Shown piece after piece: positions 26,296 to 37,410 of a stretch of DNA of 64,000 nt. Under the pieces are notes generated by a model that was not told the origin of the DNA, did not search any database, and saw only the letters and a list, made by a program, of their open reading frames with translations. Numbering within the stretch: the first letter of the stretch is position 1; each line of letters begins with the position of its first letter. The stretch is from Vulcanimicrobiota bacterium (GTDB lineage Bacteria > Vulcanimicrobiota > Vulcanimicrobiia > Vulcanimicrobiales > Vulcanimicrobiaceae), in the NCBI GenBank assembly GCA_003166915.1, contig PMUK01000155.1:5600-69599 (forward strand), written 5' to 3'. The position numbers and the translations under genes were made by a program.

Positions 26296-27647
26296 CGTAT
26301 CATTTCGTCGGCGTCGGCGGCATCGGCATGAGTGCGATTGCTCGGATCTTGCGAGCGCGCAACGTTGAGGTTTCCGGTTCCGACGTAGCCGTGACGCCGC
26401 TGATAGAACAACTGCGCAGCGAGGGCGTGGACGTTATGATCGGTCATGAAGCAGGTAACGTTCGCGGCGCCGACGTCGTCGTCGTCAGTTCGGCGATCGA
26501 TCGGGGCAATCCGGAGTACCTTGCCGCCGTGCGCGCCGGAACACCGGTGTTACATCGAGGCGAGATGCTCGCGCGTTTGCTCTCCGGACGGCGCGGCATC
26601 GCGGTCTGCGGAACGCACGGAAAGACCACGACGACGGCGATGGCGCACGCCGTCCTGCGCGGGGGTGGGATCGATGCCGGTCTGGCCCTGGGCGGCATCG
26701 ATGTCGCGCTGGCGACGAACGCCTACGATGGAACGTCGCCATGGTTCGTAATGGAGGCGGACGAATCGGATGGCTCTTTTGCCCTGCTGGAACCGAATAT
26801 CGCAATCGTCACCAACATCGAAAACGATCACCTGACAAGCGACGACGAGCTTCCCGGTCTCGTGCGAGCCTTCGGCGAGTTTCTTGCGAAGTTGCCCGAC
26901 GACGGCCTCGCGATCGTCGGCATCGACAACGCGCTCGCGGCTTCTCTTACCAGTCACGAGTTTCGCGCCCCCGTCGTAACCTGCGGCTTGGACTCGGCGG
27001 CGCGCATTCGGGCGGCCAACGTATCCTTTGAGGATTTCGGCTCGACGTTCGAGGTCCTCGAGGGCGAGGCGACGCTCGGCACCGTCGAGATGCGCGTGCC
27101 CGGAGCGATGAACGTCGAGAACGCCCTTGCCGCGCTGGCGGTGGGGCGCGCGTTCGACCTGCCCTTCGCCTCAATCGCTGCGTCGCTGAAAGCTTTTCGC
27201 GGCGTACGTCGCCGGTTCGACATCTTGCTTTCCAACCAACGAGTGACGATCGTTGACGATTACGCGCATCACCCCACCGCCGTACGCGCCACGATCGCCG
27301 CCGCGCGTCACTACCATCGAGGTACGCTGGTCGTGGCCTTTCAACCGCATCGCTACACGCGAACGGCGTTTCTGGCGGCGGAGTTTGCCGACTCCCTGCG
27401 CGGCGCCGATTGCGTCTACCTAACGCCTATCTACGCGGCGTCGGAACCGGCGATTCCGGGCGTGAGCGAACGCTCCATCGGCGATTCGCTCGCGACCAAC
27501 GGTACGCGCGTCAGCTACGTGGCATGCGTCGACGATCTCGAGACGCGCATTCTTGCAGAGGTCCCAGCGGGCGCCATGGTCCTGATGCTCGGAGCCGGCA
27601 ACATCACCGACGTCGCAGGACGTCTCGCCGCAGCGGCGCGCGGATGA
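26292..27647 (+). CDS. murC: UDP-MurNAc:L-alanine ligase
   Basis: Motifs HFVGVGGIGMSAIA and CGTHGKTTTT are present. A GTG at 26292 gives a GTGA overlap with the murG stop. The track start at 26274 is the alternative. Confidence 0.92.
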   Translation: MTYHFVGVGGIGMSAIARILRARNVEVSGSDVAVTPLIEQLRSEGVDVMIGHEAGNVRGADVVVVSSAIDRGNPEYLAAVRAGTPVLHRGEMLARLLSGRRGIAVCGTHGKTTTTAMAHAVLRGGGIDAGLALGGIDVALATNAYDGTSPWFVMEADESDGSFALLEPNIAIVTNIENDHLTSDDELPGLVRAFGEFLAKLPDDGLAIVGIDNALAASLTSHEFRAPVVTCGLDSAARIRAANVSFEDFGSTFEVLEGEATLGTVEMRVPGAMNVENALAALAVGRAFDLPFASIAASLKAFRGVRRRFDILLSNQRVTIVDDYAHHPTAVRATIAAARHYHRGTLVVAFQPHRYTRTAFLAAEFADSLRGADCVYLTPIYAASEPAIPGVSERSIGDSLATNGTRVSYVACVDDLETRILAEVPAGAMVLMLGAGNITDVAGRLAAAARG

Positions 27648-28600
27648 GCCTCACCACGCAACAAGCGTTGCGCAGCCTTCTCGGCGAGGCGGATCGAGAA
27701 GCATTGCGTGCGATCTTCGGCGACCGAGTGCGATTCGATGAGCCGCTCGCGGCGTATACTTCGTGGAAGATCGGCGGACCGGCCGACGCCTTCGTAACTG
27801 CTGCGACGCAAGCGGAGCTCGCGAACCTGATGCGCCTCTGCTTGCGTCGTAAGCTGCCGTGGTGGGTCGTCGGCGGGGGAAGCAACGTGCTCGTCGGCGA
27901 TGGTGGAATGCGCGGCATCGTCATCCGATTGGCCGGCGACTTCGCCGCGGTCGAGGTGCACCTCGAAAACGGCAACGTCGTCGTCGAAGCGGGCGGGTCG
28001 GCCGGCATGGCGCTGGTCACCGCGAAGGCGGCCTCGGCCGGCGCCGCCGGTATCGGTTCGCTGGCCGGCATTCCCGGAACGATGGGCGGTTCGTTGCGGA
28101 TGAACGCCGGCACCGATCGTGAAATCGGCGATTTCGTCCGTCACCTTTGGGTTCAGTCGCCGAGCCGTCCGGAGCCCCACTCGGTGGGCGTACGCTATTT
28201 GTATCGCCATTCGACGTTGGAGCGCGATGTCGTCGTATCGCGAGTGACGCTCGCATTTCCTCGGGCGGACGCGCGCGAGGTGCGCGGCGAGATGCAGACG
28301 CGCCTCGTGCGGCGTAAAGCGACTCAACCAATTGCGCTTCCCAACGCCGGATCGTGCTTTCGCAACCCCGATGGTGGAAAGGCCGCGCGGCTCATCGAAT
28401 CCGTGGGCGCTAAGGGGTGGCGGGAGGGCGGCGCGGAAGTCTCGTCGCTGCACGCAAACTTTATTAACAACGTTGGCGGAGCGACGGCACGTGACGTCGC
28501 CACACTGCTCGCACGAATCCGAAGTGCGGTCCTCGATCGCTGCGGCGTCGAACTGCAATTGGAAGTGCATCTAGTTGGAGTCTTTATCGATGCAACGTAA
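27644..28600 (+). CDS. murB: UDP-N-acetylenolpyruvoylglucosamine reductase
   Basis: 318 aa from ATG 27644 (ATGA overlap with murC). Motifs include YTSWKIGGPAD, GGGSNVLV, GSCFRNP and a FAD-binding PCMH domain pattern. Confidence 0.93.
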   Translation: MSLTTQQALRSLLGEADREALRAIFGDRVRFDEPLAAYTSWKIGGPADAFVTAATQAELANLMRLCLRRKLPWWVVGGGSNVLVGDGGMRGIVIRLAGDFAAVEVHLENGNVVVEAGGSAGMALVTAKAASAGAAGIGSLAGIPGTMGGSLRMNAGTDREIGDFVRHLWVQSPSRPEPHSVGVRYLYRHSTLERDVVVSRVTLAFPRADAREVRGEMQTRLVRRKATQPIALPNAGSCFRNPDGGKAARLIESVGAKGWREGGAEVSSLHANFINNVGGATARDVATLLARIRSAVLDRCGVELQLEVHLVGVFIDAT

Positions 28601-29543
28601 CGGTGGGTCCAGGGCGAGGGTTGCCGTAGTGATGGGCGGCGGCAGCGCGGAACGGGAGATCTCGATCCGCTCCGGCGCGGAGGTCCTACGCGCGTTGCAA
28701 GCGCTGGGTTACGAGGCACGATCGCTCGATTACGACGAGCGGTTCATCGACGCGCTGCACCAATACAAACCAGACGTCGTCTTCATCGCGTTGCACGGCC
28801 CCGGTGGCGAGGACGGACACGTTCAAGCGCTGCTCGAGTATCTGTCGATTCCGTACACAGGCAGCGGTTTGGAAGCGGCGGCGCTTTCGATGGATAAACA
28901 TCTTACCAAGAAGCTACTCGCGGCCGAAGGCTTGCCGACGCCGGTTTGGGATCTATTCGATCTGTCAGGCGGAACTCTGCCGCTGTTGCCGGGATCGCTC
29001 GATCTCCCGCTGGTGATCAAGCCGCGCTACGAGGGATCGTCGAACGGGGTCACGATCGTACGCACGCACGAAGAGTGGACCACCGCGATGCTCGAGGCCT
29101 CGAAGTCGTACGCGCAGATACTTGCCGAAGAGTACGTTGAAGGACGCGAGTTCACGTGTGCCGTTCTGGGAGAAGAGGCGCTGCCGATCGTCGAGATCGT
29201 AGCAAACCGCGACGGCTTTTACAGCTACGACGCAAAATACGCGCCCGGCGGCAGCACGCACGTCGCTCCTGCGAAGATCGACGACGATCTGGCGGCGCGT
29301 TTGCAGATGCTGGGACTCTCGGCGCACCGCCTCCTGGGCTTGCGCGATTACTCTCGCAGCGATTTCATCATTCGTGCGGACAACCGTCCGTATCTCTTAG
29401 AGATCAATTCGCTCCCCGGCTTAACCCCTGCGAGCCTGCTTCCCGACGCATGCGCCGCGGTCGGCATCGGCTTCGAAGCGTTGATCGAACGCCTGCTAAA
29501 CTATGCATTGGCGCGCGCGCAGCTTCGCGACGCGGTGGCATAA
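28590..29543 (+). CDS. ddl: D-alanine--D-alanine ligase
   Basis: About 317 aa (the alternative start is 28575). It shows the ATP-grasp pattern (VAVVMGGGSAEREISIRSG, ALHGPGGEDGHVQALLE, LLEINSLPGLT). Confidence 0.93.
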   Translation: MQRNGGSRARVAVVMGGGSAEREISIRSGAEVLRALQALGYEARSLDYDERFIDALHQYKPDVVFIALHGPGGEDGHVQALLEYLSIPYTGSGLEAAALSMDKHLTKKLLAAEGLPTPVWDLFDLSGGTLPLLPGSLDLPLVIKPRYEGSSNGVTIVRTHEEWTTAMLEASKSYAQILAEEYVEGREFTCAVLGEEALPIVEIVANRDGFYSYDAKYAPGGSTHVAPAKIDDDLAARLQMLGLSAHRLLGLRDYSRSDFIIRADNRPYLLEINSLPGLTPASLLPDACAAVGIGFEALIERLLNYALARAQLRDAVA

Positions 29544-29554
29544 CGCAAGGTCTT

Positions 29555-29980
29555 TTACGGAAAGGCCTCTTTATCGTCGGCAATCAGCAGATCGAGCCGC
29601 GATGACTCCGGAGCTAACCGGCTCGCCACCGGATAGCGTTTTAGGAACTCGGGGTCGTCGAGGCGTTCGCCGATCGTCGGCCGTTCGAGCGATGCGTTGA
29701 CCTCGGCGTAGCGTTCCGGCTCGCTATGCTGCACAATCCAATCGGCTACCTCTCGATCTGAGGCCGCCTTCGCGATCGCTTCGCGCAGCAACCCTTCCAC
29801 GATTCCAAGCCTATTGAGGAGACTGGAGCTGAAACCGGTAATTTGATACTGACCGAGGTTTCCGCCCGGTAGCGTTGCTCGAATCTTGTCGACGGTCCTC
29901 GCGGCCATCAGGAGATCCAGGCCCTGCAAGAGTTCGCGGGGACTGCGAGGCGGGCGCCGCGTGAGGTCGAGTGCGTCCAT
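29555..29980 (-). CDS. DUF5069-like protein
   Basis: 141 aa from the internal ATG 29980 (MDALDLTRRPPRSPRELLQGLDLLMAARTVDKIRATL...). This matches my recollection of the DUF5069 N-terminal pattern. The upstream extension of the track ORF is basic and low-complexity. Confidence 0.55.
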   Translation of the reverse strand: MDALDLTRRPPRSPRELLQGLDLLMAARTVDKIRATLPGGNLGQYQITGFSSSLLNRLGIVEGLLREAIAKAASDREVADWIVQHSEPERYAEVNASLERPTIGERLDDPEFLKRYPVASRLAPESSRLDLLIADDKEAFP

Positions 29981-30090
29981 GGCGATGCTCTTCAACCAGC
30001 CGGGGCGCCGATGCCTTGTGAGACGAGGCGCCTTTCCGGGAAAGTCGAAACTTTGCGACCGTCGAAAGACGTTGTGTACCTTACCACTCT

Positions 30091-31269
30091 TTGGAGGATT
30101 CCTTGCCAACCGTTGTCGATCGGGGTCTCGAAGGCGTCGTCGTCGGGTCTACCGAGCTTAGTAATGTTGAAGGTGCGATCGGTCGCTTAACGTACCGCGG
30201 CTACGACATCGACGATCTCGCGCCCAATGCGACGTTCGAAGAGATCGTCCACCTTCTGCTCTACGGCCAGCTTCCCAACCGCCACCAGCTCGAAGAGTTG
30301 AAACGCGAGCTGGGCTCCGGCCGCGCGCTTCCCGAGCCGCTCGTCAATGCGATGCAAAACCTCCCGAAGACGGCGTGGCCGATGGAGGTTCTGCGCACGG
30401 TCGTCAGCGGTCTCGGACTTTTTTCGCCGGTGAACGCTCAGGGCGAACATCTTTCCGACGTGCATACGGCAATCGAACTGATCGCAAAAATGCCGACGAT
30501 CGTCGCCGCCTGGGACCGGATTCGCCGCGGTCTCGATCCCATCGGTCCGCGTTCCGATCTCTCGCAGGCCGGAAACTTTATCTACATGCGCTCGGGCAAA
30601 CCGCCTCACGCAATCGAGGAAGACGCACTCGATACCTATTTCGTGCTGCTGGCCGATCACTCGTTTAATGCCTCGACGTTTGCAGCGCGAGTCGCCGCGT
30701 CAACGCGCGCCGATATGTACGGTTCGGTAACCGCGGCGCTTGCGACGCTGCAAGGCGATCTGCATGGCGGAGCTGCCACGGCCGCCTACCGCACGCTGAT
30801 CGAAGTGAAGACGCCGGAGAACGCCGAGCCGTTCGTTCGCGAGATCCTTGCACGCGGACAACGCATTATGGGTATGGGGCATCGCGAGTACAAGGTTAGG
30901 GATCCGCGCGCAAAACATCTCGAGGCGATGGCGAAGGAGCTTTCCGCGTACGCCGGCCGCGACCGTCTCTACGAGACCGCGCATGCCGTCGAGGAGGCGA
31001 GCCGTAAAGTCTTACAAGAGAAAAGGCCGGGCAACACCATCTACGCAAATGTGGATTTCTACACGGCGCCGGTGCTGGCCGATCTTGGAATCCCCGGCGA
31101 CGAGTTTACCTGCCTCTTCGCCTGCGGGCGCATCGCCGGGTGGACCGCGCACATTCTCGAGCAGCTTGCCGACAACCGCCTCATTCGCCCGCAAGCGACG
31201 TACGATGGCCCGGTCGCGGGACCGTACGTGCCGATCGAAAAGCGGGCGGCAAACGGCGCACGGGGCTAA
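30091..31269 (+). CDS. gltA: Citrate synthase (small, CitZ-type)
   Basis: 392 aa. RGLEGVVVGSTELS...YRGYDIDDL and the catalytic region MGMGHREYKVRDPRA and NVDFYTAPV are present. The start may be TTG 30091 or TTG 30103. Confidence 0.92.
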   Translation: MEDSLPTVVDRGLEGVVVGSTELSNVEGAIGRLTYRGYDIDDLAPNATFEEIVHLLLYGQLPNRHQLEELKRELGSGRALPEPLVNAMQNLPKTAWPMEVLRTVVSGLGLFSPVNAQGEHLSDVHTAIELIAKMPTIVAAWDRIRRGLDPIGPRSDLSQAGNFIYMRSGKPPHAIEEDALDTYFVLLADHSFNASTFAARVAASTRADMYGSVTAALATLQGDLHGGAATAAYRTLIEVKTPENAEPFVREILARGQRIMGMGHREYKVRDPRAKHLEAMAKELSAYAGRDRLYETAHAVEEASRKVLQEKRPGNTIYANVDFYTAPVLADLGIPGDEFTCLFACGRIAGWTAHILEQLADNRLIRPQATYDGPVAGPYVPIEKRAANGARG

Positions 31270-31277
31270 CGCCGCGC

Positions 31278-31997
31278 GTGCTGGTCGTGCCTGCGATCGA
31301 CTTGCGAAGCGGCAAGTACGTTCGAATGAAGCAGGGCGATCCCACGACCGCGACCGAGTATGATGGCGACCCGGTAGAGCGCGCCACTGCGTTTGTCGAG
31401 CAGGGCGCGCGGCGATTGCACGTGATCGATCTCGACGGCGCCTTTGGCTCCGGTGAGAACCTAGCTGCGGTGGAGCGCATCTGCAAGGCCGTGGAAGTGC
31501 CCGTGCAGATGGGCGGCGGATTGCGCACGGTGATGCATGCGGAACGCGCTTTTTCGGCGGGTGCTTGCGAAATAATTCTCGGTACGCTGATGGTCGAAGA
31601 CGAACGGCTCGCGCGCAACATCATCAACCGCTTTCCGGGCAAAGTGATCGCCGGGATCGACGCTCGTGGGACGCAAGTTGCCACCCATGGCTGGCAGGAG
31701 CGTACGCCGGTCGATCGCGACGCATTGGTACGCCGCGTTGCACAGTGGGGCGTCACGCGAATCATCTTTACCGAGATCCGGCGCGACGGAATGGGCGAGG
31801 GCTACGATATCGACGCGCTCTGCGCGGTCGCGAACGCCGCCGCGGTCAAGGTTACCGCGAGCGGAGGCGCGCGCAACATCGGCGACTTAGCATTGTTGAA
31901 GCGCTCGGTTCCGCCGGCGGTCGACTCTTGCATCGTCGGCAGCGCTCTCTACAACGGAACCCTCGATTTGCCCCAAGCGATCGCCGCCGTCACCTAG
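31278..31997 (+). CDS. hisA: HisA-type (ProFAR) isomerase, isolated from other his genes
   Basis: 239 aa from GTG 31278 (VLVVPAIDLRSGKYVRMKQGD...HVIDLDGAF...GGGLRT...IIFTEIRRDGM..G). The upstream part of the track ORF overlaps the citrate synthase gene. Confidence 0.85.
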   Translation: MLVVPAIDLRSGKYVRMKQGDPTTATEYDGDPVERATAFVEQGARRLHVIDLDGAFGSGENLAAVERICKAVEVPVQMGGGLRTVMHAERAFSAGACEIILGTLMVEDERLARNIINRFPGKVIAGIDARGTQVATHGWQERTPVDRDALVRRVAQWGVTRIIFTEIRRDGMGEGYDIDALCAVANAAAVKVTASGGARNIGDLALLKRSVPPAVDSCIVGSALYNGTLDLPQAIAAVT

Positions 31998-32016
31998 CTT
32001 CTCTTCCAATTCTGCG

Positions 32017-33159
32017 TTAGGGTGTGATCGCGAAGATCGTGCCGGATTGCGTTCCGCCGTAGATTCTGCCGTCGGCGGCCTGCCCGAGCCCTCCCGTCGG
32101 ATACGCACCGTCGCGCCGCCCTCGGAAAGCGTGGACGGTGGTAAATGCGCCGCTCGACGTGATGCTAAAGACGGTGCCGTAGCCTGAGGAGCCCACACCC
32201 ATGCCGCCTCCAACCGTAGTTCCATAGAAAACGCCGTTTCTCGCGAGCAAGAGTGGACCGTTAGGCTGCCAACCGTCGCCGCTGCCGCTGAACGCATGTC
32301 GGCTTGAAAAGCCGCTGGATTCGATGGACCACACCGCTCCCGCGTACGGTCCACCGTTTTGCACGGCCGAGACACCCCACACGTTGCCCGACGCATCCAA
32401 TGTCGGCGTTATCTGCGGCCACTCGCCATCCTCTCCGTCGGTAAACGAATAGAGCGTGTTCAACTGGCCCTGCGCCGTGTATTCAAAAACCGATCCTTGG
32501 GGTTGTCCCCCGAAGCCGAAACCCACCGTCGTACCGAACAGATTTCCCGTCGCATCTCGCACCACGCCCGTGAACGGACAATGACCGTCCTGCATGCTCA
32601 GAAAGTAATAGAGTACCGAGAATCCACCGGCGGCAGTCCCGCTAACGATCGTGCCGTTGCCGGGCGAGTTTGCACCTTGCGAGGCCGTCCCGAAAAACGT
32701 TCCGTGTGGACCTTTGGCAAGGCCGTCGTAGGGGGCCACTCCGGTGGCCGACTCAAAGGCATACAGCGTCGTTAGCGCGCCGGTGCGCGTAAGCCGAAAG
32801 ATCGTTCCACCGCCGCCCGCGCCTCCCGAACGCGTCGTTCCAAAAAGTTCCCCTCGCGCCCCTATCTGCAGGCGGCGGTTGGGTGTGCCGCCGTCGGAAC
32901 TGCCTGTGAAGCTGTACAGCAGGTTCAGCATATCCGCCTTTAGTGCAAAGACCGCGCCTTGTCCATACGCGCCATGGATCGGATCGACGACATAAAGCGC
33001 ACCGTTGGCCGTCGCGCCGATCTCCGGATCGAGCGATCCCGAGGTCGCCGCATATACCGTTCTAAACCGGGCTGCATCGGCCGGTCCGGTTATCGCTAGC
33101 CCCAAAGCGACGGCTATTATCGGTACCGCGCATCGCGCCGAAAAAAAATCAACTCGCAT
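32017..33159 (-). CDS. Secreted tandem-repeat protein (GloVer-type 'choice-of-anchor' repeats; possibly beta-propeller-like)
   Basis: 380 aa with a signal peptide (AVALGLAITGPADA|A). It has about 6-7 repeats of about 45 aa of the form LYSF.G..DG..P...L..d..G.lyGTT..GG..g.GTvF.l. Confidence 0.6.
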   Translation of the reverse strand: MRVDFFSARCAVPIIAVALGLAITGPADAARFRTVYAATSGSLDPEIGATANGALYVVDPIHGAYGQGAVFALKADMLNLLYSFTGSSDGGTPNRRLQIGARGELFGTTRSGGAGGGGTIFRLTRTGALTTLYAFESATGVAPYDGLAKGPHGTFFGTASQGANSPGNGTIVSGTAAGGFSVLYYFLSMQDGHCPFTGVVRDATGNLFGTTVGFGFGGQPQGSVFEYTAQGQLNTLYSFTDGEDGEWPQITPTLDASGNVWGVSAVQNGGPYAGAVWSIESSGFSSRHAFSGSGDGWQPNGPLLLARNGVFYGTTVGGGMGVGSSGYGTVFSITSSGAFTTVHAFRGRRDGAYPTGGLGQAADGRIYGGTQSGTIFAITP

Positions 33160-33204
33160 ATCGTTATCCTCCAGAGCGCAGCCCTTCGGAGCGATTATCC
33201 TCTG

Positions 33205-34335
33205 CTAGCGGACGTACTCACGAGAGAGTTCCTCGGGCAGGCGCGTGACGATCTCATAGTTGATCGTATCACACCACGTCGCCCAGTCGTCGGCGCTCAC
33301 GGCGCTCTCGCCGTCACGGCCGATGAGCGTCACTTCCGATCCGACGTGCGCGGCCGGCGCGTTCGACAGATCGATTTGCGTCATGTTCATCGCGACTCGG
33401 CCGACAATGGGGCAGAGCGCGCCGTCGACGACGAACGCGCCGCGATTCGACAACGCGCGCGGCACGCCATCGGCATAACCCGCCGGAACGACGCCGACGC
33501 GCATTTCGCGCGGGGCGTGGAAGCTTCCGCCGTACCCGACGGAAGCGCCCGCGGCCACCGTGCGAACGACGATCAACTCCGAGACGTACGAGAGCGCGGG
33601 GCGCAAATCGAGCGGCCGCTCTTTCATTGCAGCCCTCGTTTGCGGTGACGGCATCAATCCGTAGAGTGCAATCCCGAAGCGCGTCATGTCCAAGTGCGTT
33701 TGTGGCCACAGCATGGCGGCCGCCGAAGCGGCGATATGTCGAATCGGCGCGAGCCCGCCGCGGTCGAGTAGCGGTTTGACCCCAACGAGGGCTCGCTCGA
33801 AGGCTCCGAGCTGGTGCATCGTGTAGGGCGAATCGATCTCCTCGGCTGCCGCGAGATGCGAGAAGATGCCGCGCAACGCGATTTCCGAAAAGCCGCCGAG
33901 TCTCTCGACGGCGCCGCTCAGCTCGTCCGGCTCGACCCCGAGCCGGTTGAGATCGGTATTCACTTTCACGTGCACGAAGGCGCGGCTCCGGCATCGGCCT
34001 GCCGCGCCGGCAAGCCGCTGGGCGAAGTCATCGACGTTCCAAAGGGCAAGTTCCAGGTTCTCGGCTATCGCCTCGTCGAGCGCTTCCGAGGGAATTGGCC
34101 CCATCACCAGTATCGGGGCCGCGATTCCTCCGTCGCGCAGGGCCAAAGCCTCTTCGACGCCGTAAACGCAGAGCCGCGCCGCGAGCGGTTCGATTGCCCG
34201 GGCCGTCTCCAGCAAGCCGTGCCCGTAGGCGTTACCCTTGACGACAAAGGCCGCGCGTTGCGGCCCGACCAGTTTGCGTAGCACCTCGGCATTGTGGCGC
34301 AAAGCCGCCAGCGAGATGCGCAATCCTCCGATCAT
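33205..34335 (-). CDS. alr: Alanine racemase
   Basis: The PLP-lysine motif AFVVKGNAYGHG is present, along with a C-terminal beta-domain (GYGGSF...VGRVAMNMTQIDL). ATG 34335 (MIGGLRISLAALRHN) is preceded by GAGGG. The track start at 34416 is the alternative. Confidence 0.9.
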   Translation of the reverse strand: MIGGLRISLAALRHNAEVLRKLVGPQRAAFVVKGNAYGHGLLETARAIEPLAARLCVYGVEEALALRDGGIAAPILVMGPIPSEALDEAIAENLELALWNVDDFAQRLAGAAGRCRSRAFVHVKVNTDLNRLGVEPDELSGAVERLGGFSEIALRGIFSHLAAAEEIDSPYTMHQLGAFERALVGVKPLLDRGGLAPIRHIAASAAAMLWPQTHLDMTRFGIALYGLMPSPQTRAAMKERPLDLRPALSYVSELIVVRTVAAGASVGYGGSFHAPREMRVGVVPAGYADGVPRALSNRGAFVVDGALCPIVGRVAMNMTQIDLSNAPAAHVGSEVTLIGRDGESAVSADDWATWCDTINYEIVTRLPEELSREYVR

Positions 34336-34449
34336 GCCGCGCCCTCGCTCGAAGCCATGCCGCAGCATTCGCCCGGGCCCGGAGGCGGCCTGGGCCGCCC
34401 GGTTGCAAGAGAGCACGTGAGCGCCCCCTCGCCTTGCTTACTGCAACCC

Positions 34450-34478
34450 TTGCACTCCTCCATGGAGTCTGCTAGGAT
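34450..34478 (+). promoter_or_regulatory. Sigma-70-type promoter of groES-groEL
   Basis: TTGCAC (34450-34455), a 17-nt spacer, then TAGGAT (34473-34478). It lies immediately upstream of the CIRCE element. Confidence 0.55.
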
Positions 34479-34485
34479 GGCACGG

Positions 34486-34512
34486 CTAGCGCTCTTGCGC
34501 TAAGAGTGCTAA
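34486..34512 (+). promoter_or_regulatory. CIRCE operator (HrcA binding site)
   Basis: The sequence is CTAGCGCTC-ttgcgctaa-GAGTGCTAA, against the consensus TTAGCACTC-N9-GAGTGCTAA. The right half is perfect and the left half matches 7/9. It lies 45 nt upstream of groES. Confidence 0.8.
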
Positions 34513-34556
34513 CTTTCTAATAAGTACGAAAAAATTACCAAGCTGTGGAGGTTTCC

Positions 34557-34862
34557 GTGAATCTCAAGCCCCTGTTCGATAACGTCGTTATCGAGCACGT
34601 AGAGCAAGACGACAAGACGACCGGCGGCGTCTTTCTTCCCGATACGGCCAAGGAGAAGCCCCAAGAGGGCATGATCCGTGCGGTCGGAAGCGGCCGCATC
34701 ACCGACAAGGGCACGAAGGTCGAGATGCACGTCAAGGTCGGCGATCGTGTGCTCTACCGCAAGTACTCGGGGAGCGAAGTCAAGATCGACGGCACCGAGT
34801 ACCTCATCATTCCTGAAAAAGATATTCTCGCCATCGTCGACAAAGTGCCGGCCGGCGTCTAA
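34557..34862 (+). CDS. groES: Co-chaperonin GroES
   Basis: 101 aa from GTG 34557 (5 nt after GGAGG): [13 protein letters not shown]...[16 protein letters not shown]...[19 protein letters not shown]. Confidence 0.95.
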   Translation: MNLKPLFDNVVIEHVEQDDKTTGGVFLPDTAKEKPQEGMIRAVGSGRITDKGTKVEMHVKVGDRVLYRKYSGSEVKIDGTEYLIIPEKDILAIVDKVPAGV

Positions 34863-34878
34863 GGAGTTCATTTTTTAA

Positions 34879-36540
<1,662 letters not shown>

Positions 36541-36566
36541 GCGTCGCTCTCGGCGATGAATGCAAG

Positions 36567-36598
36567 AAGGCGCGTCTCACGACGCGCCTTTTCCTTTT
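36567..36598 (+). terminator. Intrinsic terminator after groEL (potentially bidirectional)
   Basis: AAGGCGCGTC-tcac-GACGCGCCTT forms a 10-bp perfect stem, followed by TTCCTTTT. It sits between the convergent groEL gene and the gene at 36602-37345. Confidence 0.8.
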
Positions 36599-36601
36599 AC
36601 A

Positions 36602-37345
36602 TTAGCCGGCCGAGGTTTTCCAGAACTTGGGGCAGAGTAGCGTATCGACTTGATCGCCGGCGAGCCCGTCGATCATATCCTCGGTGACGTTGAGGATAAT
36701 GCTTTCCGGCCAGCCGCTCCAAGGAACCGGAAACGACATCGGTATTCGCACGTAATGATACTGATGCGTCGGGGTTCGTAGGCGCAGCGTGAGTTGTTGC
36801 GGGCTATTGCCGGACGCGTCGGAATAGAGCCAGGCGTAATACGAGTCCTGATCGTTCTCTACCACGATGTGCGTCGGCAGCGGTTGCGGAAGTGGCTTCC
36901 CGCAGGTCGCTGCGTTCTTGTCGAAGAGGACGAAGGTCGGTTGCACGTAGAGGAACGATTGCGGCGCCGTACCGGAGAGCAGCAGCGGCATGGGAGGCGC
37001 AGGGGCGGGCGAGTCGCTGAGTTTCTCGGTTATGTTGCGATCGTATCCCGAGATGAAGTAAACATAATCCGTCGCCGAGCAGCGATACTTGGGAGCCGTG
37101 AGCTCGAGGCGATAGAGCCCGAAAGCGTTGTCGAACTCCACGATCGCCTCCTGATCGTCGCCGCGCTCGAAGTGAAAGACTCTGTCGACCTCCTGCCGTC
37201 CGGTTCGGTCGGTCAGACGGACGCGCAGGGCGATGCTGGTGCCGGCTGGGGCGCGCGCGATCGCGCCGCAGAAGCCGGCATGCAGAACGATATGAGCGAG
37301 CGCGAGCATGGACGAGGTCTTTCGGCCTTCCGCCGCCGACTCCAT
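36602..37345 (-). CDS. Hypothetical protein, probably secreted
   Basis: 247 aa with a hydrophobic N-terminal segment (MLALAHIVLHAGFCGAIARA) and a coding-like third-position GC. I recognise no family. Confidence 0.5.
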   Translation of the reverse strand: MESAAEGRKTSSMLALAHIVLHAGFCGAIARAPAGTSIALRVRLTDRTGRQEVDRVFHFERGDDQEAIVEFDNAFGLYRLELTAPKYRCSATDYVYFISGYDRNITEKLSDSPAPAPPMPLLLSGTAPQSFLYVQPTFVLFDKNAATCGKPLPQPLPTHIVVENDQDSYYAWLYSDASGNSPQQLTLRLRTPTHQYHYVRIPMSFPVPWSGWPESIILNVTEDMIDGLAGDQVDTLLCPKFWKTSAG

Positions 37346-37410
37346 TCGCGAGAGCAGCCGCTCGCCTTGGCGGAGCAGGCCGCACCGTCACGACGGATAA
37401 CGTCACCATC

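Noticed and set aside
14824-31277. Long N-terminal extensions of track ORFs: rsmH from 14824, CofE-like from 20850, mraY from 21467, murD from 22084, murB from 27410, hisA from 31140. Also the lipoprotein from 8514, DUF5069 from 30109 and alr from 34416.
   Set aside because: The extensions overlap the preceding gene in another frame, are basic and low-complexity, and lack homology. Internal starts give family-typical N-termini and canonical ATGA/GTGA coupling or an SD.
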